Source: an uncultured bacterium (GTDB lineage: Bacteria; Babelota; Babeliae; Babelales; RVW-14). From it: DNA of 64,000 nucleotides. The translations under genes and the position numbers were made by a program. Shown one piece after another: positions 1 through 9,980 of this stretch. The stretch covers positions 5,532 to 69,531 of the forward strand of contig CAVXAT010000002.1 in assembly GCA_963759805.1 (NCBI GenBank). The letters run 5' to 3'. The notes under the pieces were generated by a model. It did no database searches and was not told the origin of the DNA. It saw nothing but the letters and a program-made list of their open reading frames with translations. Positions within the stretch are counted from its first letter, which is position 1; the number at the start of each line of letters is the position of its first letter.

Positions 1-221
1 AAATCGCCATCAGTAGTCAAACGTGATTTTAGATTTTCCAAGAGGCGGTTTTTTTGCTCTTCATTCAGTGCACTTGTTGTTTGGACATTCCAACGAACCG
101 TTATCCGCGTATCTGTTTTATTAACATGTTGCCCGCCAGCACCACTAGATCTGCTGGCAACTAAGTCAATCTCATAACCCGGAATGGTGATACCGTTTTT
201 AATGTGTAAATCGTTCTTCAT
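1..221 (-). CDS. arfB: ArfB-type peptidyl-tRNA hydrolase (GGQ ribosome-rescue factor). N-terminal 73 codons only; the gene runs off the window start.
   Basis: Hand translation of the minus strand from ATG at 221 gives MKNDLHIKNGITIPGYEIDLVASRSSGAGGQHVNKTDTRITVRWNVQTTSALNEEQKNRLLENLKSRL... It carries the GGQ motif in an ArfB/ICT1-like context. It is absent from the ORF track because no stop lies in the window. Confidence 0.75.
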   Translation of the reverse strand, partial: MKNDLHIKNGITIPGYEIDLVASRSSGAGGQHVNKTDTRITVRWNVQTTSALNEEQKNRLLENLKSRLTTDGD

Positions 222-247
222 TTGCTACAAACCCCTTTCTATAAAAT

Positions 248-281
248 AAAAAAAGCACCTACTATAAAATAATAGATGCTT
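248..281 (-). terminator. Intrinsic terminator candidate after rplQ
   Basis: The minus-strand RNA forms stem GCAUCUA / UAGGUGC (one G-U pair) with an AT-rich loop, followed by a U-run (complement of the A-run at 248-254). It lies between the rplQ stop and the arfB start. Confidence 0.45.
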
Positions 282-314
282 TTTAGTTTTTTAAATAAAT
301 TTAATTAACTTAAA

Positions 315-671
315 TTAAACCCATTCAAGTCGTGCAACTTTTGCCGTGTCGCTTTCACGTTGGCCGAGGGGGATGACTCGTGTGTACCCACCAGGTCTGC
401 CAACATACCTAGGCGCAATTTCCTTGATCATTTTCATAACAGCTTTGTCACTGTATGGCAAAAGAGATTTAATTCTACGAATAGTATTAAAATCTGATCC
501 TTTAGCTGCAATTGTGACAATTTTTTCAGCGAGTTTTTGTACTTCTTTTACTTTAGTTTTTGTAGTTTGAAGCACACCATACTCAATAAAGTGAATCACT
601 TGATTGCGAAGCAACGCTTTTCTGTGCCCTGATTTTAGATTTAATTTTTTTCTACCAAACTGATGATTCAT
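315..671 (-). CDS. rplQ: 50S ribosomal protein L17
   Basis: 118-aa ORF with an L17-type N-terminus (GRKKLNLKSGHRKALLRNQ). It is the last gene after rpoA, as in the alpha operon. Confidence 0.95.
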   Translation of the reverse strand: MNHQFGRKKLNLKSGHRKALLRNQVIHFIEYGVLQTTKTKVKEVQKLAEKIVTIAAKGSDFNTIRRIKSLLPYSDKAVMKMIKEIAPRYVGRPGGYTRVIPLGQRESDTAKVARLEWV

Positions 672-673
672 GA

Positions 674-1717
674 TTATTCACCACTTTCTTGATCTTTAAG
701 AGCTTTTTTAAGATCCAATTCTTTAACATTCATTCCCAAGTGCAACCCAAATGCCAACAGAATTTCCTTAACCTCGCGCAAAGACTTGCGACCAAAATTC
801 TTTATCTTGAGCACATCGTCTTCTGTCAGATTAACTAAATCAATAACACGCTTAATTCCGGCTCCAACAAGACAGTTGTGTGCCCGAACCGAAAACTCTA
901 ATTCATCGATAGGTTTTAGGAACAAGTCTACTGGTAATCCTTTGGTTGGTCCTTCCAAATCAAATTTGCCTTCGGCCTTACCTTCTTGTCCGATTTCTTT
1001 TGAAATCTCATTGAATGGAATTTCCGTTGCCTGTAAGAAATGTTCAAGCTGTGTCCTCAAAACGGATGTTGCGTAATGAATAACATCTTGAGGCTTTGCA
1101 GCTCCGTTTGTCTGTAAACAGAAAATTAATTTGTCATAATCGATTCTTTGTCCCACACGAGTCTTTTCTATATTATACTCAACTCGTTTGACGGGCGAGA
1201 ACATTGCGTCCAAATAAATTCTATTGTCATCCTGAAGTGATTTTCCCGCAGGCCACTGTGCTGCAAGATACCCTCTACCAGTTTCAACAAAAAATTCTAT
1301 TTCAAGTTCCCCATCCGGAGCCAAATGTGCAATAACATGTTCTTTATTGATCAACTCAAGGTGTGCGTCAGCTGTGATATCAGCAACTTTGGCAACACCG
1401 GCACCCTTAACCGAAAGGTGCATCTTACCTGGTTCGCCTGTAGAATTTTTAATCGCAACCTGTTTTATATTCAACACCAACTGCAATGTATCTTCAATAA
1501 CACCTTTTACCGTTGAAAATTCATTATTAACACCTTTTATGATAACAGATGTTACAGCAGAACCTTCGACAGAAGAAAGCATAACCCTTCTCAATGCATT
1601 GCCAAGAGTAGTACCATACCCCGGTTCCAATGGCTGAGCAATCAACTCACCATATGTCTCAGAAGATACCTGTTTGTTCCAGCTCAACTTAGGCAGTATC
1701 AATGGCTTATAATTCAT
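674..1717 (-). CDS. rpoA: DNA-directed RNA polymerase alpha subunit
   Basis: Signature LEPGYGTTLGNALRRVMLSS plus a C-terminal HhH-like domain (ELEFSVRAHNCL...IKNFGRKSL). Start moved to the internal ATG at 1717 (MNYKPLILPKL) by comparison with typical RpoA N-termini. The track ORF extends to 1744. Confidence 0.93.
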   Translation of the reverse strand: MNYKPLILPKLSWNKQVSSETYGELIAQPLEPGYGTTLGNALRRVMLSSVEGSAVTSVIIKGVNNEFSTVKGVIEDTLQLVLNIKQVAIKNSTGEPGKMHLSVKGAGVAKVADITADAHLELINKEHVIAHLAPDGELEIEFFVETGRGYLAAQWPAGKSLQDDNRIYLDAMFSPVKRVEYNIEKTRVGQRIDYDKLIFCLQTNGAAKPQDVIHYATSVLRTQLEHFLQATEIPFNEISKEIGQEGKAEGKFDLEGPTKGLPVDLFLKPIDELEFSVRAHNCLVGAGIKRVIDLVNLTEDDVLKIKNFGRKSLREVKEILLAFGLHLGMNVKELDLKKALKDQESGE

Positions 1718-1769
1718 TTGGAGCAATCCCTTTTTAAAAACCAACTACAAACTCATAACCTCAAATTCT

Positions 1770-2405
1770 TTACTTAGAATACAACTCAACAATTAAGTGC
1801 TCTTGAATTGGAGCGGTAACATCGGAACGAATTGGCAACCTTGCAACTGTTCCCTGTCGGTCTTTCTTGTTAAGCTCCAACCACTCTGGAACCTTTACTC
1901 CCATGCCCATTCTCTTATCAATTACAGTTTCAATAAAATTTGAATTTTTTAAAGTTGAACCGGTAAGAGAGATAACATCACCCTCTTTAACCAAAAAGGA
2001 TGGCGATATCACACGCTTACCGTTAACATTTATATGTCCGTGGACAACCAACTGTCGAGATTGGACTCTTGAAATAGCCATCTTCAAACGATAAACAACA
2101 TTATCAATACGACGCTCTAAAAGACTCAAAAGGCTCTCGCCGGTAACGCCTGTAGAACGAACAGCGATATCGAAAAACCTCTTGAATTGAGCTTCTCTTA
2201 AACCATACATCAATCTAACTTTTTGTTTTTCTTGAAGCTGTTTTCCATATTCGGAAAGCTTCTTCGTGCCAACACGTTTTGCGTGTTGACCAGGTCCTGT
2301 GGGACGCTTCTCAAGCGTACACTTTGCAGTGCGACACTTTGCTCCCTTCAGATACAATTTTTCACCAGCTTGTCTGCAGCGGCTGCATTTTACAAATTCA
2401 GACAT
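1770..2405 (-). CDS. rpsD: 30S ribosomal protein S4
   Basis: N-terminal Cys cluster (CSRCRQAGEKLYLKGAKCRTAKC) and S4 RNA-binding domain (RRIDNVVYRL). Operon position fits. Confidence 0.95.
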   Translation of the reverse strand: MSEFVKCSRCRQAGEKLYLKGAKCRTAKCTLEKRPTGPGQHAKRVGTKKLSEYGKQLQEKQKVRLMYGLREAQFKRFFDIAVRSTGVTGESLLSLLERRIDNVVYRLKMAISRVQSRQLVVHGHINVNGKRVISPSFLVKEGDVISLTGSTLKNSNFIETVIDKRMGMGVKVPEWLELNKKDRQGTVARLPIRSDVTAPIQEHLIVELYSK

Positions 2406-2448
2406 GTTAACCTTTTTATATTATAAATCGCAAGTAATCAACATTAAA

Positions 2449-2832
2449 CTATACACGTCGTTTCTTAGGAGCTCGGCATCCATTGTGAGGAATTGGAGTA
2501 ACATCTCTTAACATAGAGATGTTCAACCCGGAAGACTGAAGCGCTCTTACAACGCAATCACGTCCAGACCCTGGTCCCTGAAGGTTGACCTCAACAATTC
2601 TTACACCCAGCCCAAGCAATTCTTTTGCTATCTTAGTTCCAATTTGAGTTGCTGCGTATGGAGTACCTTTTCTTGCGCCTTTAAATCCAAGCTGTCCAGA
2701 ACTACCACGAACAAGCACATCACCATCAACCGTTGTTACAGCAACCATGGTGTTGTTAAAACTTGATTTTACGTGTGCAACCACTGACTCGATATTCTTA
2801 TGTTGCTTTTTTTTACTCTTTTTATATGCCAT
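2449..2832 (-). CDS. rpsK: 30S ribosomal protein S11
   Basis: GSSGQLGFKGARKGTPYAA motif; position between S13 and S4. Confidence 0.95.
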   Translation of the reverse strand: MAYKKSKKKQHKNIESVVAHVKSSFNNTMVAVTTVDGDVLVRGSSGQLGFKGARKGTPYAATQIGTKIAKELLGLGVRIVEVNLQGPGSGRDCVVRALQSSGLNISMLRDVTPIPHNGCRAPKKRRV

Positions 2833-2854
2833 CTTTACCCTTGCCTTATATCAA

Positions 2855-3244
2855 TTATTTCTTAGCCAGAATCTTTTTGTTTGGCACGACATTTGCAGGT
2901 TTTCTTGGTCCCTTACGAGTACGAGCGTTTGTTTTTGTACGCTGTCCTCTGACGGGCAAGCTCTTCTTATGACGAAGCCCTCTGTAGGAACCAATCTCTT
3001 GAAGTCGCTTGATATTCATTGTAATCTCTTTTCTCAACTCGCCTTCAATCTTGAAAAATTGAGTTATATACTTCTGAATAGCTGCAACTTGTTCATGAGT
3101 CAAGTCCTTGATTCTTACATCCGGACTTACTTTTATATCTGCCAAAATTTGTCGTGCTCTAGGTAACCCTATACCAAACAGGTAGGTTAACCCTATTTCA
3201 ACACGTTTTTCGTTAGGTAAAACAACACCTTCTATTCGAGCCAT
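2855..3244 (-). CDS. rpsM: 30S ribosomal protein S13
   Basis: [27 protein letters not shown]-terminus and basic C-terminal tail. Confidence 0.95.
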   Translation of the reverse strand: MARIEGVVLPNEKRVEIGLTYLFGIGLPRARQILADIKVSPDVRIKDLTHEQVAAIQKYITQFFKIEGELRKEITMNIKRLQEIGSYRGLRHKKSLPVRGQRTKTNARTRKGPRKPANVVPNKKILAKK

Positions 3245-3281
3245 TAAAATTTACCTCTCAGAATAAACCTAAATTAATTTT

Positions 3282-3395
3282 TTAACCTTGTCGCTGTTTG
3301 TGCTTTGCAATTTTGCAAATTATACGCACAACGCCATTACGTTTAATAACCTTACAATTCGAACAAATTTTCTTAACGGATGTTCTTACTTTCAT
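3282..3395 (-). CDS. rpmJ: 50S ribosomal protein L36 (Zn-binding C+ form)
   Basis: Below the ORF-track size cut-off. Hand translation gives [37 protein letters not shown] (37 aa, C-x2-C...C-x4-H). It sits between infA and rpsM, as expected. Confidence 0.9.
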   Translation of the reverse strand: MKVRTSVKKICSNCKVIKRNGVVRIICKIAKHKQRQG

Positions 3396-3456
3396 TGCAT
3401 TTTCCCAAAACTTACTTTGAAACCTAAAAATTCACTCTATTCTTAATTACTTACAA

Positions 3457-3681
3457 TTACTTACAGCGGGAAACTATTCTACCCTTCATCAAATCGTAAG
3501 GAGACAATTCGACTACAACCCGATCACCAGGTAAAAGCTTAATGTAATGCATACGCATCTTTCCGGACACATGTGCAAGGACCATATGGTCCCCACCGCT
3601 TAATTTGACCTGGAACATCGCGTTAGGTAAGGCCTTTTCAACCACACCTTCCATTACAATAACATCTTCTTTCTTTGCCAT
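3457..3681 (-). CDS. infA: Translation initiation factor IF-1
   Basis: 74-aa S1-like protein: [21 protein letters not shown]...[22 protein letters not shown]. Confidence 0.95.
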   Translation of the reverse strand: MAKKEDVIVMEGVVEKALPNAMFQVKLSGGDHMVLAHVSGKMRMHYIKLLPGDRVVVELSPYDLMKGRIVSRCK

Positions 3682-3702
3682 ATGAATCCGTTTCCCAAAT
3701 CT

Positions 3703-4449
3703 TTAAATTCTTGTTAACACTTCTGAGCCATTCTTAACAACCAAAACAGTGTCTTCAACATGTGCTGATAGCCCACCATCTGCAGTTTTAGCCGTCCAAC
3801 CATCCTGTAAAATTCGAACTTCATGACTTCGCTCTGAAATCATCGGCTCAATCGCTAACGTCATTCCTTCTCTCAAAACTGTATCATCTACTGTTTTTCT
3901 GTAATTAGGAATCTCAGGCTCTTCATGCAAATCCTTTCCAATTCCATGCCCTGCAAAAGCTCTAATTACGGAAAAACCATCAGTTTCAACTTTATCTTGA
4001 ATACATGCTGAAATTTCAGAGATCTTAACACCCGGCGCAACCTTTGCAATTGCAGCGTCCAAAGCGATCTGAGCTGTTTGCGCCATCTTCCTTGCAGTTA
4101 CACAAACATTTCCCACAAAAAAGAACCTTGTAATATCAGCACAGTAACTTTTATAAGACCCTACAACGTCTATCTTAACAAAATCTCCAGATTTTAAAAT
4201 AAGATCTTTTGATGGAATCCCATGAACTATGACGTCATTAAGCGAAATACACGTCGCATGCTTATAACCGGCATATCCCTTGCAGAAAGGAACAAGCCCG
4301 GATTTACGCATTTTTTCTTCAATTATTCTGTCCAAATCCCAGGTACTAATTCCAGCCCTAACCTCAGGTTGTATATCATGTAAAATGGTTGCCAGTCGTT
4401 TACCGGCGATTCTCATCTTCTCAATTGCAATCTTATTTTTTATCAACAT
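3703..4449 (-). CDS. map: Methionine aminopeptidase, type I
   Basis: Metal-ligand blocks VIVHGIPS, DVVGSYKSYCADITRFF, FAGHGIGKDLHEEPEIPNY, LAIEPMI and AHVEDTV. Confidence 0.93.
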   Translation of the reverse strand: MLIKNKIAIEKMRIAGKRLATILHDIQPEVRAGISTWDLDRIIEEKMRKSGLVPFCKGYAGYKHATCISLNDVIVHGIPSKDLILKSGDFVKIDVVGSYKSYCADITRFFFVGNVCVTARKMAQTAQIALDAAIAKVAPGVKISEISACIQDKVETDGFSVIRAFAGHGIGKDLHEEPEIPNYRKTVDDTVLREGMTLAIEPMISERSHEVRILQDGWTAKTADGGLSAHVEDTVLVVKNGSEVLTRI

Positions 4450-4457
4450 GACCCTCT

Positions 4458-5777
4458 TTAACGTACATAGCGGCCCTTTAACCTGCCGGATGCAAGAAAG
4501 CCTTCATAGCGTCTCTCGATTAAATGGGATTCAATCTGAGCAGACGTATCAAGAGCCACACCTACAACAATCAGCATACTCACGCCACTAAAAAACACGG
4601 GAAAGTTAATAAAATGTCTAATTATGGTTGGCAAAATAGCCAAACCAGCTAAATACATCGCACCTGGAAAGCCTATTCTTGTCAAAAGATAATCGAAAAA
4701 CTCAGCCGTCTTTTTACCGGGGCGAATTCCGGGAATAAATCCACCTGATTTTCTAATATTTTCAGCTAATTCTACCGGATTGAAAATAATCGCAGTATAA
4801 AAATATGTAAAAAACACTATCAAACCGGCATTTAAAACGTTGTAAAGTACTGAATAAGGACTAAAATAATCCGACATTATGGATGAAATCGCAGGCCACC
4901 TGTATGCAAATAACCCGGCAATAGCCATCGGCATCGCCAAAATAGATTGGGAGAAAATCACAGGAACAACACCTGCTGGATTAATTTTCAAAGGAATATA
5001 AGAGCTTTGCCCACCATAAACCTTATGCCCAACAACTCTTTTTGCGTACTGTACAGGAATTTTGCGCTCACCTCTTTCAAGAAAGATGATGCACATAATC
5101 ACGCCGACCACAATGGCAAGAAGCAATGCAGCCAAAAAGAGTCCTATTTGCCCCATCTGATAATTTTCCCACAATTTGATTATTGCACCTGGTAAAGCAG
5201 TAACGATACCTGCAAATATTATCATCGAACTACCATTACCCAATCCGTGAGCATTAATTTGTTCACCAAGCCACATCACAAAGAGAGACCCAACGCTTAA
5301 AATAAGTACTGTCGTTAGCTTGAAACCCAATCCGGGAGCAAATACCAAACCAGTTTGATGCTCCATGTACGCAGCAATACCAACGGATTGCACTAATGCA
5401 ATGCCAAACGTCAAATATCTTGTATATTGATTAATAATACTTCTTCCATATTCACCCTCTTTTGACAATGCTTCCAATGAAGGAACCATAATCGTCAAAA
5501 GCTGCATCATAATCGATGCACTAATGTACGGTGAAACACCAAGCGAAAATATAGAAAAAAGTTTTAATGCTCCACCGGAAAAAAGATCCAAGTAGGAAAG
5601 CAAACTTCCTGCCAAACTTGAATCAAATCTTCCATACAGAGCAGCAACATCTATTCCGGGAACACTTATATGTGCCCCAAACCTGAATACTGCAAACATT
5701 CCAAAGGTGAATGCAAGCTTTTTTCTTAACTCCGAAACAAGAAATATGTTCTTGAAGTTATGCAGTTGTACCACCAC
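4458..5777 (-). CDS. secY: Preprotein translocase subunit SecY
   Basis: 439-aa polytopic protein with SecY blocks (FRFGAHISVPGID, LFSGGAL, SPYISASIMMQLL). It follows rplO. Confidence 0.95.
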   Translation of the reverse strand: MVVQLHNFKNIFLVSELRKKLAFTFGMFAVFRFGAHISVPGIDVAALYGRFDSSLAGSLLSYLDLFSGGALKLFSIFSLGVSPYISASIMMQLLTIMVPSLEALSKEGEYGRSIINQYTRYLTFGIALVQSVGIAAYMEHQTGLVFAPGLGFKLTTVLILSVGSLFVMWLGEQINAHGLGNGSSMIIFAGIVTALPGAIIKLWENYQMGQIGLFLAALLLAIVVGVIMCIIFLERGERKIPVQYAKRVVGHKVYGGQSSYIPLKINPAGVVPVIFSQSILAMPMAIAGLFAYRWPAISSIMSDYFSPYSVLYNVLNAGLIVFFTYFYTAIIFNPVELAENIRKSGGFIPGIRPGKKTAEFFDYLLTRIGFPGAMYLAGLAILPTIIRHFINFPVFFSGVSMLIVVGVALDTSAQIESHLIERRYEGFLASGRLKGRYVR

Positions 5778-6243
5778 TTCCAGACTCCTTCATCAATATT
5801 GCCTTACCACCAGCGTTTTCAATTGCCTTAATAGCCGATTGACTAAATGCATCTGCATTTACAGTCAGCTTTTTGGTCAATTTTCCATTACCAAGAATTT
5901 TTACAAAGAATCCCTTGTTCCCCTTCACCAATCGCAAATCTTTTAATGCTTGCAATGTAACTTCATCACCAGCATTAAACTTCTCTTCCAAAACTTCGAG
6001 ATTTAAAACAACATACTCTATTTTAAATTCTCTGTTGGTAAAACCACGTCTTGGAATACGACGATTCAAAGGCATTTGTCCGCCTTCAAATAAAGGGCCA
6101 ACCTTATGGGTTCCTCCGGTTCTTGCTCTCTGTCCCTTGTTACCTCTGCCGGAAGTACCCCCACGATCACCACCGCGACCTTTGCGTTTTGTTTTTTTGG
6201 TAATTTGCGTTAATTTTTCAAGCTGCAACATGTTTTTCCTCAA
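5758..6243 (-). CDS. rplO: 50S ribosomal protein L15
   Basis: MRKNMLQLEKL...KRKGRGGDRGGTSGRGNKGQ, the Gly/Arg-rich L15 N-terminus. It overlaps the rpsE 3' end, and no rpmD (L30) lies between them. Confidence 0.92.
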   Translation of the reverse strand: MRKNMLQLEKLTQITKKTKRKGRGGDRGGTSGRGNKGQRARTGGTHKVGPLFEGGQMPLNRRIPRRGFTNREFKIEYVVLNLEVLEEKFNAGDEVTLQALKDLRLVKGNKGFFVKILGNGKLTKKLTVNADAFSQSAIKAIENAGGKAILMKESGSGGTTA

Positions 6244-6769
6244 ACAAGTCTTTCATTGTTTTACCACGCAATCTAGCAATCTCTTTTGCGGTTCTCAATT
6301 TGCCCAACGCCTGCAACGTTGCCTTAACAACGTTTTGAGGATTAGACGATCCAATCGTTTTTGCTAAAATGTCTTTGATTCCGGCAACTTCCATAACTGC
6401 TCGAACGGCACCACCAGCTATGACACCGGTACCTTTTGATGCAGAACGAATAATTACTTTACTGCCACCCTGCTTTCCTTCTACGTTAAATGGAATTGTT
6501 GTCTTGTAGAATGGAATCGAAATCATATTTTTTCTTGCACGACGCAGTGCTTTGGCAATTGCAGAAGAAACCTCTCTGCTTTTTCCAAGAGCAACACCAA
6601 TGTTACCCTTTTTATCACCAACAACTACTAATGCTGAAAATGCAAAACGACGACCACCTTTAATAACTTTTGCAACTCTTCTAACATTTAGAACAGCTTC
6701 AGAATACTCTTCTGCCTGCGGAACCGATGCTTTTGCTAATAAGCTTCTTTTGTTTTTCTCTTCGGCCAT
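6218..6769 (-). CDS. rpsE: 30S ribosomal protein S5
   Basis: VVVGDKKGNIGVALGKSREV and GTGVIAGGAVRAVME blocks. Confidence 0.95.
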   Translation of the reverse strand: MAEEKNKRSLLAKASVPQAEEYSEAVLNVRRVAKVIKGGRRFAFSALVVVGDKKGNIGVALGKSREVSSAIAKALRRARKNMISIPFYKTTIPFNVEGKQGGSKVIIRSASKGTGVIAGGAVRAVMEVAGIKDILAKTIGSSNPQNVVKATLQALGKLRTAKEIARLRGKTMKDLFEEKHVAA

Positions 6770-6802
6770 AATCTCTTCCTACGTTCCTAAATTTTCACAA
6801 TA

Positions 6803-7159
6803 TTAAAAATTCAAGCCAGCTTCTCGTAACCCGTCAGCCAATGCTTTTACTCGACCATGATACTTATATCTGCCACGATCGAAGAAGACCTCTTTGATCG
6901 CTTTTTCTGCAGCTAACTTCCCAAGCTCCAAACCAACAAGTTTGGCAACTTCTTTCTTATCCCCTTTTGCTTTTTTTAAATTAAGAGAAGAAAAACTGAC
7001 TAAAGTTTTTTGGGTGCTATCATCTATGATCTGAGCATAAATGTTTGCAAGGCTTCTGAAAACAGCTATGCGTGGCTTTTCGCCTCGACTAACCTGGTTT
7101 CCTCTAACCCTAAAAACTCTTCTCTGTGTTTTCTGCGCTTTTTTTCTTATCAAACTCAC
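6803..7159 (-). CDS. rplR: 50S ribosomal protein L18
   Basis: PRIAVFRSLANIYAQIIDD block; operon position. Confidence 0.95.
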   Translation of the reverse strand: MSLIRKKAQKTQRRVFRVRGNQVSRGEKPRIAVFRSLANIYAQIIDDSTQKTLVSFSSLNLKKAKGDKKEVAKLVGLELGKLAAEKAIKEVFFDRGRYKYHGRVKALADGLREAGLNF

Positions 7160-7198
7160 GTGTATATCCTTTTCAACACAAAACTACCCAGACAAAAA

Positions 7199-7756
7199 TT
7201 ATGCTGCTGCTGAAGCTTTTGTTTTACCAGCCTTACGAGTAATAACTTCGTCAACTCTCATAACACCCGTACCCTTATAAGGTTCTGGCTCTCTGAAAGA
7301 CCTCACCATATCACAAACATTTCCAAGCACGAATTTATCGTGAGATTTGAATGTAAGAAGTTGTCCGGTCTTATCAACTTCAACGGTAACCCCTTCAGGA
7401 AGATTCAGATCAATTTTATGGGTATACCCCAAAGTAAATGTTAACTTTTTACCTGCAAGTTGCGCTTTAAATCCAAGCCCTACAATTTTCATTGCCTGTT
7501 CAAACCCCGCCTCCACACCCTTAATTTTATTTGCAAGCAATGCTCTATGCAAACCCCAATCCATCTTATTTTTTTTAGATTGTTTTTCACCTTTTGCTAA
7601 AGACAAAATAAGATTTTTGTCTTTCAATGTTGCTACCAAAGTATTTGGTATTTCATGAACAAATTTTGCCTTAGCCCCTGCAATAGTAACAGTGTTTCCA
7701 TTAACCTGTACCTTTGCACTCGAAAATGAAATTGCTTTTCTACCGATCTTTGACAT
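7199..7756 (-). CDS. rplF: 50S ribosomal protein L6
   Basis: Start set at the internal ATG (MSKIGRKAISF...), which matches typical L6 N-termini and lies 11 nt after the rpsH stop. The track ORF extends to 7783. Confidence 0.93.
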   Translation of the reverse strand: MSKIGRKAISFSSAKVQVNGNTVTIAGAKAKFVHEIPNTLVATLKDKNLILSLAKGEKQSKKNKMDWGLHRALLANKIKGVEAGFEQAMKIVGLGFKAQLAGKKLTFTLGYTHKIDLNLPEGVTVEVDKTGQLLTFKSHDKFVLGNVCDMVRSFREPEPYKGTGVMRVDEVITRKAGKTKASAAA

Positions 7757-7767
7757 ATTTCTGCCCT

Positions 7768-8160
7768 CTACCAAACGTGACAAATAACTTCTCCGCCAAC
7801 ACCGAGCTTTTTAGCCTGTCGATCGGTTATAACACCCGAGCTTGTCGTTAAAATTGAAATTCCAAGACCCCCGATAACAGGCGTAATGGATTTTGAACTC
7901 TCATATTGACGACGTCCCGGAGTACTAATACTTGTTATTTCATGGATAACAGACTCACCATCAACATATTTCAAAAATACTGTTAAAGTTTTTTTGCTGT
8001 CTTCTTCTGAGATTTTAAAATCTTTGATGTACCCCTCGTCTTTCAAGACTTTAGCAATCTCAACTTTTAAAACTGAGCTAGGAATAGCTACAGATCTTTT
8101 ATTAACTTTTAATCCGTTTCTAATAATTGTTAAAAAATCGCCTATCATATCTCTGGACAT
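7768..8160 (-). CDS. rpsH: 30S ribosomal protein S8
   Basis: MSRDMIGDFLTIIRNG...GGEVICHVW. The 37-codon upstream extension in the track ORF overlaps rpsN and is not S8-like. Confidence 0.93.
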   Translation of the reverse strand: MSRDMIGDFLTIIRNGLKVNKRSVAIPSSVLKVEIAKVLKDEGYIKDFKISEEDSKKTLTVFLKYVDGESVIHEITSISTPGRRQYESSKSITPVIGGLGISILTTSSGVITDRQAKKLGVGGEVICHVW

Positions 8161-8176
8161 AATCAAATTCCCACTT

Positions 8177-8362
8177 TTACCAACTAGCCTTTTTAATTCC
8201 AGGCAAAACACCCTGCAATGCATTTTTACGAAAACACATCCTGCACATCTCGAAAAAACGCATATACGCACGCGGTCTTCCGCAGAGCTTACAACGATTT
8301 CTTGCTCGAGTCGAAAATTTAGGAGTTTTATTACTTTTTTCTATCATCGCTTTTCTTGCCAT
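8177..8362 (-). CDS. rpsN: 30S ribosomal protein S14, type Z (zinc form, 61 aa)
   Basis: C-x2-C...C-x2-C (CKLCGRP...CRMCFR) and the short 61-aa length typical of S14 type Z. Confidence 0.95.
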   Translation of the reverse strand: MARKAMIEKSNKTPKFSTRARNRCKLCGRPRAYMRFFEMCRMCFRKNALQGVLPGIKKASW

Positions 8363-8374
8363 ATCAATCCTCTA

Positions 8375-8923
8375 TTAACTCTTCTTTCGGAAAGGCATAT
8401 TAAATTTTTTTAGCAATGCAAGCGCATGCTCATCTGTTCGGGCTGTAGTATGAATTGTTATATTCAAACCACGGCTTCTATCGACTTTATCATAATCAAC
8501 TTCAGGAAAGTTAATCCAGTCCGATAACCCAAGATTATAATTACCCGTTCCGTCAAACTTAGTCGAAATTCCCTGAAAATCACGAACGGATGGTAATACA
8601 ATATTTATAAGCTTGTCCAAAAAATGATACATTCTCGATTTACGTAAAGTAACGCAAACTCCGATTGGCATTCCCTGACGTAACTTAAAACTTGCAATCG
8701 ATTTTTTTGCAAGTGTTTTAACTGAACACTGTCCTGCAATTTTATCAATCAAATCCTTTACCTGTGTTACAACTTTTGAGTCAGTAACACCCTCTTTTAC
8801 GGCAATGTTAATAACAATTTTGGAAATTGCAGGAACTTCCATAACATTCCCAACGCCTAACTCTTTTTCAAGTTCTGGGCGAATTTTTGTTTTATATAAA
8901 TCTTCAAGTCGTGATTTATTCAT
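8375..8923 (-). CDS. rplE: 50S ribosomal protein L5
   Basis: NVMEVPAISKIVINIAV and RGLNITIHTTA blocks. Confidence 0.95.
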   Translation of the reverse strand: MNKSRLEDLYKTKIRPELEKELGVGNVMEVPAISKIVINIAVKEGVTDSKVVTQVKDLIDKIAGQCSVKTLAKKSIASFKLRQGMPIGVCVTLRKSRMYHFLDKLINIVLPSVRDFQGISTKFDGTGNYNLGLSDWINFPEVDYDKVDRSRGLNITIHTTARTDEHALALLKKFNMPFRKKS

Positions 8924-8938
8924 AGACCTTACCTACCA

Positions 8939-9253
8939 TTAAAAAGATTCTTTGCATCTATGACAAATTCTTGCTTTGTCATTTTCTTCTAAAAATTTAA
9001 CCTGTACACGGCAAGGCTTTTTGCAAGAAGGACAAATTGGCATAACTTTATGCAAAGGAATTGGACGTTCTTCTTTTACAATTCCACTTTTTTGGCCAGC
9101 TTTTCTTGCTTTTACATGTCGGGTCACAATTTCCACATCTTTTACAACAACAGTACTATTATGATTATCGACATTAATTACTAAACCTTGCTTGCCTCTA
9201 TCTTTTCCGGAAAGAACAATAACTGAATCGTTCTTTTTCACTCTACTTAACAT
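8939..9253 (-). CDS. rplX: 50S ribosomal protein L24 (with Cys4 C-terminal ribbon)
   Basis: KOW motif KKNDSVIVLSGKDRGKQGLV. The C-terminus, ICPSCKKPCRV...ICHRCKESF, resembles the Thermus-type L24 recalled from memory. Confidence 0.93.
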   Translation of the reverse strand: MLSRVKKNDSVIVLSGKDRGKQGLVINVDNHNSTVVVKDVEIVTRHVKARKAGQKSGIVKEERPIPLHKVMPICPSCKKPCRVQVKFLEENDKARICHRCKESF

Positions 9254-9269
9254 ATTTTTACCTCAACAC

Positions 9270-9638
9270 TTACCAAACTTCAGGCGCAAGCGAGATAATC
9301 TTAGCATACCCAGCAGCCCTCAATTCTCTTGCAATAGGACCGAAAATACGCGTTCCAACTGGCTGTTTTTCTTTATCAATGATAACAGCCGCATTATCAT
9401 CGAAACGAATATAACTGCCATCAGAACGACGACATTCCTTACGAGTTCTAACAATAACAGCATCCAGCACTTCGCTTTTTTTAACAGTCCCACCAGGGAT
9501 TGCATTTTTCACTGTAACCTTAACAATATCACCCAAGTAGGCATAACGTTTTTTGCTACATCCTGTGATACGAATAACTTGCAACTTTTTAGCGCCAGAA
9601 TTATCAGCAACCTCAAGCATTGCACGTTCTTTAACCAT
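9270..9638 (-). CDS. rplN: 50S ribosomal protein L14
   Basis: [24 protein letters not shown], a canonical L14 N-terminus. Confidence 0.95.
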   Translation of the reverse strand: MVKERAMLEVADNSGAKKLQVIRITGCSKKRYAYLGDIVKVTVKNAIPGGTVKKSEVLDAVIVRTRKECRRSDGSYIRFDDNAAVIIDKEKQPVGTRIFGPIARELRAAGYAKIISLAPEVW

Positions 9639-9663
9639 CGCTAGTATCCTTTTCTATGCATAT

Positions 9664-9939
9664 TTAACTTTTTGGCAAAATTCGAACCAAGGTTGCATGC
9701 TTTGTTTTGGATAATGGTCGACATTCTTTAATTTCAACAACATCCCCAATACTAGCCTTGTTTTCTTCATCGTGCGCTTTAAACTTTCTGTGTCTCTTGA
9801 CAACTTTTCCATACAATGGATGCTTTAACAATCTTGTAACTTTAACAACAATTGTCTTGTCCATTTTATCAGAGACAACCTCGCCGACAAACACTCGGCT
9901 CCCTGATTCTTGAATATTTTGTTTAGCCTTATCCGACAT
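9664..9939 (-). CDS. rpsQ: 30S ribosomal protein S17
   Basis: [19 protein letters not shown]...[13 protein letters not shown]. Confidence 0.95.
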   Translation of the reverse strand: MSDKAKQNIQESGSRVFVGEVVSDKMDKTIVVKVTRLLKHPLYGKVVKRHRKFKAHDEENKASIGDVVEIKECRPLSKTKHATLVRILPKS

Positions 9940-9980
9940 TTCTTACCTAACCTCTAATCAATAAACTGCATTTTGACAAC

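Noticed and set aside
3682-6243. Absence of adk between secY and map, and of rpmD (L30) between rpsE and rplO
   Set aside because: Both genes are variably present in this operon across bacteria. The gene-order difference is noted but not anomalous.
8161-8271. N-terminal 37-codon extension of the S8 ORF
   Set aside because: It overlaps rpsN in another frame and is not S8-like. The canonical MSRDMIGDFL start is at 8160.
8939-9040. Cys4 zinc-ribbon-like C-terminus of L24 as a novelty
   Set aside because: As far as I recall, Thermus-type L24 proteins have the same ICP.CGKP.RV....ENGKK.RVC.KCG arrangement. It is therefore a known lineage variant, not new.
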